Shown: in pieces, positions 12,360 through 22,814 of the stretch
Layout: each line of letters starts with the position of its first letter
Position numbering within the stretch: position 1 is the stretch's first letter
Assembly (NCBI GenBank): GCA_950097015.1
Contig: CATNEN010000014.1
Coordinates: 806,001 to 870,000 of the forward strand
Reading direction: 5' to 3'
Origin: Macrostomum hystrix
Lineage: Eukaryota > Animalia > Platyhelminthes
DNA: 64,000 nt
Notes under the pieces: model-generated
Database searches by the model: none
Told to the model about the DNA's origin: nothing
Seen by the model: the letters and a program-made list of their open reading frames with translations, nothing else
Made by a program: the position numbers and the translations under genes

Positions 12360-12857
12360 CTAGTAGACGGTGACTGCGGCGGCTGCCAAGCTGGCCAGGC
12401 TTACCAGGATGGCGGCGGAAACTCCGCCAGTTCTCTGGCCGTCACTAAACGGTCCGGGCGGACCGCTGTCGATGCTGCCACCGTTGCCGGCCAACTGGCA
12501 GTCGGGCGGGGCGAATCCTGGCGGACAGTGGCAGTGGCCGCGCGAGTTCACGGTGCCACCGTTTTGGCAGGTGACATTGCCAGCCACAGCGTTTCGGTTA
12601 CGAATCTCCGAGGCGGATTGGCAAGCTCTGTTGAAGCACATTTGCTCGCCGTTACGGTTTCCGCAACGCGCACCGTCTGGCACTCGATCGGGCGGCCCGC
12701 GGATCCGCGGATTGTAGCCGCAAATGGCAATGCCGCAAGTTTCTGGACCTGTCCCGGTTATATCCGGAACGCAGTTCGCCAAATTCTTAATCGGGTGCAC
12801 AAAGGTGCCGCACGTTACCATATCACATTCCTTGCTTTTTTTCGGGCACCAGGAACT
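12360..12857 (-). CDS. ADAM A exon: Cys-rich + EGF-like + C-terminal hydrophobic segment
   Basis: VPDGARCG...CQNGGTVNSRGHCHCPPGFAPPDC...GSIDSGP...AILVSLASLAAAAVTVY*. Confidence 0.9.
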   Translation of the reverse strand, partial: SSWCPKKSKECDMVTCGTFVHPIKNLANCVPDITGTGPETCGIAICGYNPRIRGPPDRVPDGARCGNRNGEQMCFNRACQSASEIRNRNAVAGNVTCQNGGTVNSRGHCHCPPGFAPPDCQLAGNGGSIDSGPPGPFSDGQRTGGVSAAILVSLASLAAAAVTVY

Positions 12858-13078
12858 CTGCAAGCAGTGGAGAAGTGTGATGTGTTGCTAAAAAGTGAAC
12901 TAGACAGCGAATCGGAATCGCTCAGGAAGAGACGCAATAAATAGTGAGGTGAGCTTGACGGCTGACTTAAAAGGCAGTCAATATCGTTTTGCAGGAAAAT
13001 AAGCAATTCAATCAAAGTGAATAAAAAGGGTTAGTAGTTTTAAGAGCTTCCGAGAATGAGGGAATTCCTCTGACTCAC

Positions 13079-13373
13079 GGCATCCCGTGCCGTCGGTCCC
13101 CAGAGTAACTGACACTGAGTCTGGGCGGAGCCGCACAGACCGTTGGCGCAGAAGTTGCTGCCGCACGGTGTCCCGTCTCTGACAGCGAAATCGGCAGGGC
13201 AGGTTGAGTCGACGCCGTTACAGAATTCCGGCAGGTCGCATTGTCCTTTGGCGGCGCGGCAAACGGTGCCAGTCGGGTGCGGCTGACAGACCGTCAAGTC
13301 GCAGCAGCGCCCTGCGGCGCAGGCAGCGGATTCGGCCAGCTTGCAGGAGGTGGCGTTGCAGCAGGCGTTGCCT
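13079..13373 (-). CDS. ADAM A exon: disintegrin domain
   Basis: CCNATSCKL...GRCCD...CRAAKGQCDLPEFCNGVDSTCPAD...DGTPC; cag acceptor and gtgagt donor. Confidence 0.9.
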
Positions 13374-13549
13374 CTGTGAAACGATTGGTGAGCAGATAAC
13401 TAACGACTTGTTTGCTACCTCTGACACAAAGCTCGAGACTTTGGATCTTGTTAGTTACGAAATAGATGAAAGAGTTGTAGAAAAAAGAATCGATATTGCA
13501 CGAAATTCACTTGGCACCGCCGAAGCTATTGCGCAGCGCTTCCAAATCA

Positions 13550-13738
13550 TGTGTACAGCTGTTCAGTCCGTGGACTGAGTGCTGCCACTACTACCGAAAT
13601 TTCCACTCCAGCAGATGCTGCTAGTCAATTTACAGCTGGGTGAAATGACGCAATGAGGGAATTGATTTAAGCGTCTGGCTCAGAGACACAGGTTATTTTC
13701 TTCGGGCTGCGATTCGAACTCCCGAACTACTCACACGG
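13550..13738 (-). mobile_element. tRNA-related SINE in ADAM intron (also ~62120-62307)
   Basis: B-box GTTCGAATC on the minus strand; body similar to 1-135. Confidence 0.5.
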
Positions 13739-14286
13739 ATCAGTTGCCTTTCAATGTGCAGCAGTCACTTTTTGTAGGCACTCGTTTTTTAAAACACACA
13801 CGACACGCAAAACTCCTAAAATAGCTCGTAGAAAGAATTGGCAGAGCACAAAATGAACAATTGCAAGAGGGCTGCGGGCAATGGCACATCATTTGGCGAC
13901 ACCAGAGCCGCAGCCAGCGAGGAGACAATTCGGCCCATTTTGCTGACTCCTGAGCACACCTACTCACACAGGTGTGTACACCTGCAATCAATTTCTCATC
14001 ATCAGGCAGTGTACACTGTCACTGTGCCTTGGAGGTTGGCCCCCAAAGGCGCAAATTGCACTACAAGCCCCAAGCCTAATCTCCGCGGCTGCGGCCCAAA
14101 TGAATGAGGCCTCACCATGGAATCGAGCTCAGGGAGCTTGGTGCGAGAGGCAAGCGCTTTAGACCGCTCTGCCTCTGAAAGTAATTCTAACCTGAGTTGT
14201 TCGGCAGCCAAGTGAAAAGTGAAGAATCCCAAGATTGGGTCAGATTCAAGAAGTCAAATCCCAGTTGACTGAGTACCCTGACCTAC

Positions 14287-14684
14287 TCATCCCCTAGAAC
14301 GCCACGACAACCGGCCTCGCCGCCACAGTCGCAGTCCTCGCCGTCTTCCAGAAGGCCGTTGCCGCAGACCGCTGTTGGCCAATCCGCGGCTACGTGCAGG
14401 CGAAGAAGCCCGCCCGGATAGTCAGCCTCTGGTCTCGGCCACAGCAGGCAGTGACGGACGCCGGAATCCAGGAAGTTCTTCAGGGCTTTCTTTGAGCAGT
14501 CCGACCAGCCGATGTTGTGCCACTTGCTGCGATTCAGCGTTTTGGGGTGCATCATGCAGGCCTCATTGGAGTCGTGACACCAGCAGTGGTCTAGGTAACT
14601 GGTATCGTAGTCGACGCCAAGGTTGTATGCCAGGTTCCGTGTCATCATCACCCCGGTGGTGTCGAAGTCGCTGGACGAATGAGA
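14287..14684 (-). CDS. ADAM A exon: reprolysin C-terminus with degenerate zinc motif, Met-turn and disintegrin start
   Basis: MTRNLAYNLGVDYD in place of xAHExGHxxGxxHD; CMMHP; CGNGLLEDGEDCDCG. Confidence 0.9.
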
Positions 14685-14769
14685 CTGGCGTGGGCAGTCG
14701 GAGATATTCGTAATATATAAAAAATTTTTATGTGAACCCAGATTTGGGAGCCTGCGGAACAAAGATTGG

Positions 14770-14950
14770 AGAGACTGGGAACAGATATTAGGGAGACTGG
14801 AAACAGAGATTAGGGAGACTCGGGAACAGAGATTAGGGAGACTCGGGAACAGAGATTAGGGAGACTGGAAACAGAAATTAGGGAGACTGGGAACAGAGAT
14901 TAGGGAGACTGGGAACACAGATTAGGGAGACTGGGAACCGAGAGTAGGGA
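14770..14950. repeat. 22-bp intronic minisatellite (gggagactgggaacagagatta); also ~34025-34135 and ~63350-63660
   Basis: Direct tandem units. Confidence 0.85.
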
Positions 14951-15088
14951 GGCTGGTGTGATAGATTTTGGGGAGGCTGTGGGATAAAGATTTGGGAGAC
15001 TGGAGATCGAGCGAAAAATTGAAAGAGAGTCTTCTCCTAACTCATTCTAATATAGGGATTAGTGGAAGCTAATTTGCTAGTTACTTAC

Positions 15089-15170
15089 GACACTAAAACC
15101 GACGCACTTTTTCCACATGCACATTCTATTCTTAGTGGCGTTGCCTGTCAGGCTGGGTCGATTTGTGGCT
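15089..15170 (-). CDS. ADAM A hypervariable exon 1
   Basis: ttcag|a GCC...GTC|gtaagt; ATNRPSLTGNATKNRMCMWKKCVGFSV, aligning to the reprolysin G-x-A-x4-MC segment. Confidence 0.8.
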
Positions 15171-15204
15171 CTGAAATTTGATTTGATAAAGTATAGTCGA
15201 TAAG

Positions 15205-15400
15205 AGAGTCTGGTAGACTGGAGTGTTTTGGATAAGAGAGTCTGGTAGACTGGAGTGTTTTGGATAACAGAGTCTGGTAGACTGGAGTGTTTTGGATAAG
15301 AGAGTCTGGTCGACTGTTTTGGATAAGAGAGTCTGGTAGACTGGAGTGTTTTGGACAAGAGAGTCTGGTCGACTGGAGTGTTTTGGATAAGAGAGTCTGG
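15205..15400. repeat. 32-bp intronic minisatellite (gagagtctggtagactggagtgttttggataa); also ~34520-34750
   Basis: Direct tandem units without spacers. Confidence 0.85.
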
Positions 15401-15512
15401 TATACATTAAACCATTGTCAATAAGATAGGAGTCTTTTGTAGAAGCCAATGTGCTATCGGCTGTAGTCTTGCACATAGACAGTGAGCACTCAAGGCTATC
15501 CAATCAGCTCAC

Positions 15513-15629
15513 GTAAGCACGTGCACACAGTCGTGGTCCTCGCCCCCAAAAATATGCTTAGAACTGTCCAAGGTATCCAGCGTTTTGTCCAAATCCCAAT
15601 TGAAGATGTCGAGATAGCTGTCATTAGTG
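15513..15629 (-). CDS. ADAM A hypervariable exon 2
   Basis: cttag|...|gtgag; TNDSYLDIFNWDLDKTLDTLDSSKHIFGGEDHDCVHVL, phase-compatible with the next exon. Confidence 0.75.
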
Positions 15630-15975
15630 CTAAGAATTTCCAGCGCGCTGACTACTACGTAGATGTCGAAGCGGCGAAAAAACTGCAGAAATATCGAAAA
15701 TATGCCTCTTATACTGCTTTCAGTACAGTGCGAAAAACAAACTGCAGCTTTATATATCCATAATATTTTATTTAGAATTTTTTAAGAGTGTAAAAATATA
15801 AACTGTATCATCTGTTAGACATGGGTATCGCATGTTAGACATGGGTATCACCCTCACCCTCATGAGTTTCACCTGTTAGACCTGTTAGACATGGGTGTCA
15901 CCCACAGATAATATATAACATCTATATATATAAAAGTGAAAACTCTGTCTGTGTGTGTGCAACCTTTTGTCTTTA

Positions 15976-18386
15976 TCTATATATATAAAAGTGAAAACTC
16001 TGTCTGTGTGTGTGTGTGCAACCTTTTGTCTTTATAGACGCCGAAACCGCTCAACCAAATCGCACCAAACTTTGCACATACCTAAAACCACCTACGCTGA
16101 GTGCAATAGGCTACTCAAATTCCCGAAAAATCATTTCCTTCCTGCTCAAAAGTGCAAATAACTGCTCAAAAATCGTCAAAAAATCACTCAATTCGACATA
16201 TCGTCGCCCCACTTTGTCAGATTTTCTCCAAATTTGATCCACTTACACTTTACATGTTTTCCAACAATGCTGTCAATTTTGAACATCTCTACTCAATCCA
16301 GAGCAAAGCTGCATCATCTCAAAGTGAGTCACTTTTTGTTTTCCGAGGACAGCCACCCCAACTCCCCTCCGCCACTCTGCGGGCCAAATTTTATTACAGC
16401 CACCCCCTCCCTTCCCCGGGCGCCGAAGCCCCAGACTGTACATTGTATTTCAAGCCGTGAATGTACACAGCCCAAACCCCTAGACTGTCTACTGGCCCCC
16501 AAGCAGCACTGAGACTGAGTGCGGTGAGTGCGGTGGCGTCCCAGTGCGCAGGGCTCTCTGGTCAATATTTCTCTCCAGCCAGCCTGGGATAGAAGAAAGA
16601 GAGAGGCTGGCGTACAGTGCTTTGCTAAAATACAAGACGGTTATCCGCTGTATCGACGGAGATCACGTGAGGATGGCGGCTTTACTACTCGCATTATTCT
16701 ATGCAGCCATGGGAATGAAGAGATCGATCTGGACAACAGATGGGTCGTTCCCTACTGCCCGCTACTGTCCAAGGTGTTCAATCCACACATCAACGTTGAG
16801 TACTGCAACTCTGTTAAATCAATCAAGTACATTTGCAAGTACGTGAACAAGGGTAGCGACCAAGCAGTGTTCAACATTGAGGGACCTGGAGGCATAGTAA
16901 ACGAATTTGACGAAGTCAATCGCTTCAAGAGCGGAAGGTATCAGCTCTAACGAGGCAATGTGGCGAATCTTCGGATTCTCTATTCATGAACGCCACCCAA
17001 CTGTCATGCACCTCAGTGTGCACCTGGAAAACGGTCAGAGAGTATACTTTACGGAGGAGAACATCCAGCAGCGTGCTCAAAGGCCACAGGACACTACTCT
17101 TACTGCTTTCTTCAAGTTGTGCGCTGAAGACCCCTTTGCCAGGACTTTGCTGTACCACCAGGTGCCTGCCTATTACACATGGAACGCCTCTTCGAAAGGA
17201 TGGAAGCGGCGGGTTCAAGGCGCTGCAGTTCCAGGCCATCCTGAAATACGACAGACTGATGCATTAGCCAGAGTACACGGTGCACCCAAACCACAGTGAA
17301 TGCTACTACCTGCTACACACCGTGATTGGTCCGACGTCATTTAGACACATTAGAACGGTGGAAGGCCATACCTGCCAAACTTTTCATGAAGCATGTCAGC
17401 GACTGGGACTGCTGGAAGAGCTGGATGACCAGGAGCAGCTGGGACAGTTCATAGAGGAGAATGAGCCCCGACTCATGCCTGAGCAGCTAGAGGCGTACCG
17501 CGAGCTATTGCGCAGAGTCAACAACAACGTTGGTGGCATGGTTTTTCTTGATGCTCCAGGTGGCACAGGAAAAAAATTTCTAATCAACCTCTTTCTGGCA
17601 AAGGTCAGGCAACGAGGCGACGTTGCCATTGCTGTAGCTTCCTCTGGAATTACAGCCACCTTGCTGCCAGGCGGTCGCACTGCCCACTCAGCACTGAAGT
17701 TGCCGCTTGATCTGTCTTGAGCGGAGAATCCGCTGTGCAACATCAAGAAAAACACAGGCACTGCCAGAGTGCTTCAGGCTTGCAAGCTTATCGTCTGGGA
17801 TGAGTGTACCATGTCCCACAAACTGGCATTTGAAGCACTCAACTTAACTTTGAAAGACCTGCGCAATAGCAATCAACTGATGGGTGGTGTCACTCTGCTG
17901 CTGTCTGGAGACTTTAGACAGACGCTGCCTGTGATTCCGCGAGGCACTCCTGCTGATGAGATTAATGCTTTCCTAAAATCATCTCACCTGTGGCCATCGG
18001 TTGTGAAGTTGCACCTACGAACAAACATGAGAGCTACAATTCAAGGAGACGAAACAGCTCATGAGTTCTCTGCCAATCTATTGCGAATCGGCAATGGTCT
18101 GCTGGAGATTAGCACAGAGAATGGGCAGTCATCGATCGCTACAATCGGAACCATTGTGCAGTCAGTGCAGGAGCTCAAGGCAAAAGTTTACCCGAACCTG
18201 ATGGTTCGATATACTGACGTTGACTGGCTGTCAGAGCCAGTACGCCCTTAAACAAACTCTTCACTTTTCATTCATGCAGTAAATAAATAAATGGTGACCT
18301 TCACTATAAAGTTAATACAGAGACGTGAATTGCTTACTGCTTTGCTTTAAATTTCTGCCCCAAAAACAACGGGCAAAAAAAGCTAG
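15976..18386 (+). mobile_element. Helitron derivative H2 (5' end + Rep motif 3 to mid-helicase + 3' end), preceded by a 55-bp 5' stub at 15921
   Basis: TC start, CTAG end; same 5' ~650 bp as H1 and H3. Confidence 0.9.
16633..18236 (+). pseudogene. Helitron RepHel middle part: Rep Y2 motif and Pif1-like helicase motifs
   Basis: DGYPLYRRR, KYICKYVNKGSD, SSNEAMWRIF, FLDAPGGTGK, LIVWDE, GDFRQTLPV; frameshifts near 16940 and 17275, stop at 17720. Confidence 0.9.
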
Positions 18387-19040
18387 TCTATATATATAAA
18401 AGTGAAAACTCTGTCTGCCTGTCTGTGTGTGTGTGTGTGTGTGTGTGCAACCTTTTGTCTTTATAGACGCCGAAACCGCTCAACCAAATCGCACCAAACT
18501 TTGCACATACCTAAAACCACCTACGCTGAGTGCAATAGGCTACTCAAATTCCCGAAAAATCATTTCCTTCCTGCTCAAAAGTGCAAATAACTGCTCAAAA
18601 ATCGTCAAAATATCACTCAATTCGACATATCGTCGCCCCACTTTGTCAGATTTTCTCCAAATTTGATCCACTTACACTTTACATGTTTTCCAACAATGCT
18701 GTCAATTTTGAACATCTCTACTCAATCCAGAGCAAAGCTGCATCATCTCAAAGTGAGTCACTTTTTGTTTTCCGAGGACAGCCACCCCAACTCCCCTCCG
18801 CCACTCTGCGGGCCAAATTTTATTACAGCCACCCCCTCCCTTCCCCGGGCGCCGAAGCCCCAGACTGTACATTGTATTTCAAGCCGTGAATGTACACAGC
18901 CCAAACCCCTAGACTGTCTACTGGCCCCCAAGCAGCACTGAGACTGAGTGCGGTGAGTGCGGTGGCGTCCCAGTGCGCAGGGCTCTCCGGTCGATATTTC
19001 TCTCCAGCCAGCCTGGGATAGAAGAAAGAGAGAGGCTGGC

Positions 19041-19658
19041 GTTGACTGGCTGTCAGAGAGGGCAATTCTGCGTCCTAGAAATGATGCCGCCAACGAAATT
19101 AACTACCAACTGCTTCAGGAGTTGCCAGGTGCAGTTTTCACCTACAAGTCAATTGATACAACGTTGACTGATGACACCGCTGTGGAGTATCCTGTTGAGT
19201 TTCTGAACTCTCTAGATCCTCCTGGAACTCCATCGCACAACTTGCAGCTGAAAGTTGGGGCACCAATTATGCTCCTCCGCAACCTGAATGCGCCAAGGCT
19301 GTGTAACGGCACCAGACTGATAGTCAGGCGGCTCTTCCCACACGTGATTGAGGCCACGATAATGACTGGATCTGGCAGAGGAGAGTCTGTGTTCGTTCCC
19401 CGGATTCCAATTATCCCCACGGACCTGCCATTTCAGTTCAAGCGACTGCAGTTCCCTGTGAGAGTGTGCTTTGCGATGACTATTAACAAGGCTCAGGGAC
19501 AGTCGCTGAAGGTGGCTGGCATCAACCTGGAGACTCCTTGCTTCTCGCATGGGCAGCTTTATGTCGCCTGCTCCCGTGTTGGAACTCCAGCTGGCCTATT
19601 CATTTTCGCACCAAGGGGAAGAACGAAGAATGTGGTGTATCCCCAGGCCTTGAGGTGA
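19041..19658 (+). CDS. Helitron Pif1-like helicase C-terminal fragment
   Basis: AILRPRN, LKVGAPIMLLRNL, RLQFPVRVCFAMTINKAQGQSL, FSHGQLYVACSRV. Confidence 0.9.
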   Translation, partial: VDWLSERAILRPRNDAANEINYQLLQELPGAVFTYKSIDTTLTDDTAVEYPVEFLNSLDPPGTPSHNLQLKVGAPIMLLRNLNAPRLCNGTRLIVRRLFPHVIEATIMTGSGRGESVFVPRIPIIPTDLPFQFKRLQFPVRVCFAMTINKAQGQSLKVAGINLETPCFSHGQLYVACSRVGTPAGLFIFAPRGRTKNVVYPQALR

Positions 19659-19810
19659 CTCGCAAGCAATTAATAGAAAAGTAGTCACGAATTGACCTTG
19701 ACCTGTCTAACTCTGAACTCTGAAACAGTTTAATTTTGTTTCTTTGACATTGTTATTGTTATGCCATGGCTATTTTCCTTATGTATACGCGTGTACATGC
19801 ATACTGTATA

Positions 19811-20071
19811 CAGAGGCAGATTTAGGGGGGGGGGTGGGCGGGGGGCAGTCGCCCCCCCCCAAAATTTTAATCATGGGAATAAGATGCCCCCACCAGGGGC
19901 GCCAGTCGCAGCACTGGCGCCCCTTTTCGGCCGCTGGCGCCCCTTTTTCAGCCGCTGGCTCCCGTTTTTCAGCCGCTGGCGCCCTTTTTCGGCCGCTGGC
20001 ACCCCCTCTGTGATTCTCATGGCGCTCCCCTGACAGACCGCCCCAAAACAAAATTCCTGGATCTGCCACTG
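19811..20071. mobile_element. hAT-type MITE in the Helitron 3' region
   Basis: TIRs cagaggcagatttagg / cctggatctgccactg; 8-bp TSD ACTGTATA (19803-19810, 20072-20079). Confidence 0.85.
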
Positions 20072-20236
20072 ACTGTATAGAGGAGTGGCTAATAGACATG
20101 TTTCTAAAGAAGTAATCAAGAGGGGGCTGTTTGGACAAACTTTTCACTTATTTTTTACTTAAAACGCCCTTAAACAAACTCTTCACTTTTCATTAATGCA
20201 GTAAATAAATAAATGGTGACCTTCACTATAAAGTTA

Positions 20237-20928
20237 TGTGGTGCCGGTGTCTCTGGCCTTGTGGTTTTGTTAGGCCTTCCTCACCCAACGCCGTCTTGGC
20301 TGCCCGGTGCCCGGTGCCGCCATCTGATTGGCTGGGCGCGGGCCTTGTGTGCCTATCCTACCCCAGCCCTGCGTGGCTTTGCCCTCACGCCAATCAGCTC
20401 TGCGTAGCTTTGCCCGTCCACCCGTCCAGCGCGTACAACCCAACCCCCCCAGCGCGCTGTAGGCTTTGTTTGTGCTCCGCCCATGTCTGCCCCCTTGTCA
20501 GCCCTTAAGGTATCGTTTTCTGCCCGGGCCAAGGCTACCTCTCTCCCCCCTTGCGAACTTTAAAAGATCGTGCCGTAAAGACGGTCTCTTACTGCGAAGG
20601 CTCAATTTATTGCATAGCGAAGTGATTATTGAATAGTGATTCCGAGTGCATGGTTTATTAAAGTGCAAAAATTGCCGACAAATACATTCAGCGTCATCCT
20701 GCCATCCTATCGTGCGTCCCGACCGGTAAGCACTGTATTTGTGTCTGTCCTTTCGGGGTGCCAGGTCCGCACGGAGTACTGTAATAATCTTAGAAGTACT
20801 GTGTGAGCGTCCTAACGCCACCAGTCCCTGACTGCAACAGAGCGTCCTAACGCCTGGTTCAGTGATCGATAATATTTTACTTAATAGGGCTGTCGGCCGG
20901 GGATCTCAAACCGACCACTGTCACTACA
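20237..20928. mobile_element. Solo LTR (Gypsy-like), 692 bp
   Basis: TGTGGTG...CACTACA termini; 4-bp TSD GTTA; interrupts the Helitron 3' sequence aagttaatacagag seen intact at ~7100 and ~18310. Confidence 0.8.
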
Positions 20929-21034
20929 GTTAATACAGAGACGTGAATTGCTTACTGCTTTGCTTTAAATTTCTGCCCCAAAAACAACGGGCAAAAAAAG
21001 CTAGTATAATATATAAGTTATATATTATCTGTGG

Positions 21035-21270
21035 TGTCACCTGTTAGACATGGGTATCACATGTTAATGACCCTCACCCTCATGGTTTTCACCTGTTAGA
21101 CCTGTTAGACTTGGGTATCACCTGTTAGACATGGGTATCACCTGTTAGACGTGGGTATCACCTGTTAGACATGGGTATCAGCTGTTAGACATGGGTGTCA
21201 CATGTTGGACATGGGTGTCACATGTTAGACATGGGAATCACCTGTAAGACATGTGAATCACCTGTTAGAT
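21035..21270. repeat. 20-bp intronic minisatellite (cacctgttagacatgggtat); also ~15810-15902 and ~35200-35610
   Basis: Direct tandem units. Confidence 0.9.
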
Positions 21271-21607
21271 ACTATACTCACGTTGTTGACGATTCCAATA
21301 ATGCTCTGTACCGCATCAATCACAACCGATGAGCTCATGGAGTGCATATTGTACTGCAATGAGAAGTGAGCAGCTGGACTATTACTCTAGTAAAGTTATT
21401 TTTTGGACCTAAAAAAGGGCACGTCTTTTAACATCGGAAACGCTAATCGTTGCTAAGGCCCTCTAGTATCCATGGTTACCCCAATGGCAAACAAATTATC
21501 TCTTAATTTGCATAACATCTCGCACAGCATTAGAATCTCGAGCAACGAGCAAGCAAAACAGTTTGCAATATTAAAAACTGTCTTGACCACTTTACTTCGA
21601 TTGCCTC

Positions 21608-21745
21608 GCCTAATGTCTATGGTACACCCACATGACCTGGCCTAATGTCTATGGTACACCCACATGACCTGGCCTAATGTCTATGGTACACCCACATGAC
21701 CTGGCCTAATGTCTATGGTACACCCACATGACCCGGCCTAATGTC
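21608..21745. repeat. 32-bp intronic minisatellite (gcctaatgtctatggtacacccacatgacctg); also ~35950-36150
   Basis: About 4 units in A and 6 in B. Confidence 0.9.
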
Positions 21746-22814
21746 AATGCTTCTCCCTCAAGTCTTTCCAAAGCTAGTCGCTACTGTTATTATATGCTAT
21801 ATTAACATCAAATTATAAATGTTACACTCACAAACCAATAATCAGCGATGATGTAGAGCTGCATAATGAATGGGCCGCCACTACTGATCACCTTCCTGCT
21901 CAGCTTTATAAACCGGGTCTCGGACTTTGCTAAGCGCCGGTGCCTCTGTATTTGAGTTTGGATCGAGCAAGCAAAGGCGAGTAGAATTAACGGAATTGAT
22001 TCAGTCAGTCTGTCTGTGTTAGCTTGATCAGTCCATGGACTGGGTGCCGTCACACTCACTCAAATTTCTATCCGAGCTAATGCTGCTAATGCTGCTAATG
22101 CGGTTAGGAGTCCGAAACTCTGCGCCAAAACCTCATGAGCATACGCTTTCAATGTTGGGTCACCAAGAAGCATAGAATTTGCAAAGCTAAGCCTCATCTA
22201 TATAACTCTTGATTTTTAACTGGCTAACATGATCAAGCTGAACAGCAACTTGACACTTGAATGGCACCAGTCATAAATACTTTTGCTATTCTGCCCCATT
22301 CTATCTGTTGGTCAGCTTTATCAACAATGGGAACAGCCATCCATCTGACATTATCCTTAATCCTTGGGATATAGAATAGTGACTCATAGAATAATTAGTC
22401 ACTTTCAAAATTGGGCTCTTGAACTTTATTAATCCAAATAATGGCTTACCTGTAATAAAACGCTGCCACCAAGCATTTTGGTCAGTTGCTGTGGACTTAC
22501 TGGAAGTTATGGTGAAACCCATCTACTTATTCATTGAGCATCTCAATATATTTCTAAAGTGATGTGAATGAAAGCAAAAATCATACTCACGTGCAGCAAT
22601 CCGCTTATTCAGCACATCATAGGCCGATTCCAATGCTTGACGCTGCTTCCAACCGACACTTGAAGGATACAAGTTGAGCTGGTACACCTGCCAGCTTGAG
22701 TCACGCAGCCGCATGCGATGCCCGGTGGCTTGAATATAGCCCAGGTGAGTGATGTTGATTGACAGCGTGCCACTGTCAATGAGGGTTTGATTCAGCTGCC
22801 CGGGTAAATGATCT

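Larger units (their letters stand above)
18387..21004 (+). mobile_element. Helitron derivative H3 (5' end + helicase C-terminus + 3' end), head-to-tail with H2
   Basis: CTAG|TC junction at 18386/18387; CTAG at 21001-21004; contains a MITE and a solo LTR. Confidence 0.9.
15903..21033. mobile_element. 17-bp TIR pair with 8-bp TSD (P-like footprint or minimal MITE) enclosing the Helitron tandem
   Basis: CACAGATAATATATAAC (15903-15919) / GTTATATATTATCTGTG (21017-21033); GTGTCACC at 15895-15902 and 21034-21041. Confidence 0.85.

Noticed and set aside
14610-14660. Active metalloprotease
   Set aside because: All three His and the catalytic Glu are replaced in every copy
15205-15400. 32-bp repeats as a CRISPR array (also 21608 and 35950)
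   Set aside because: Units are contiguous with no unique spacers; eukaryotic context and no cas genes
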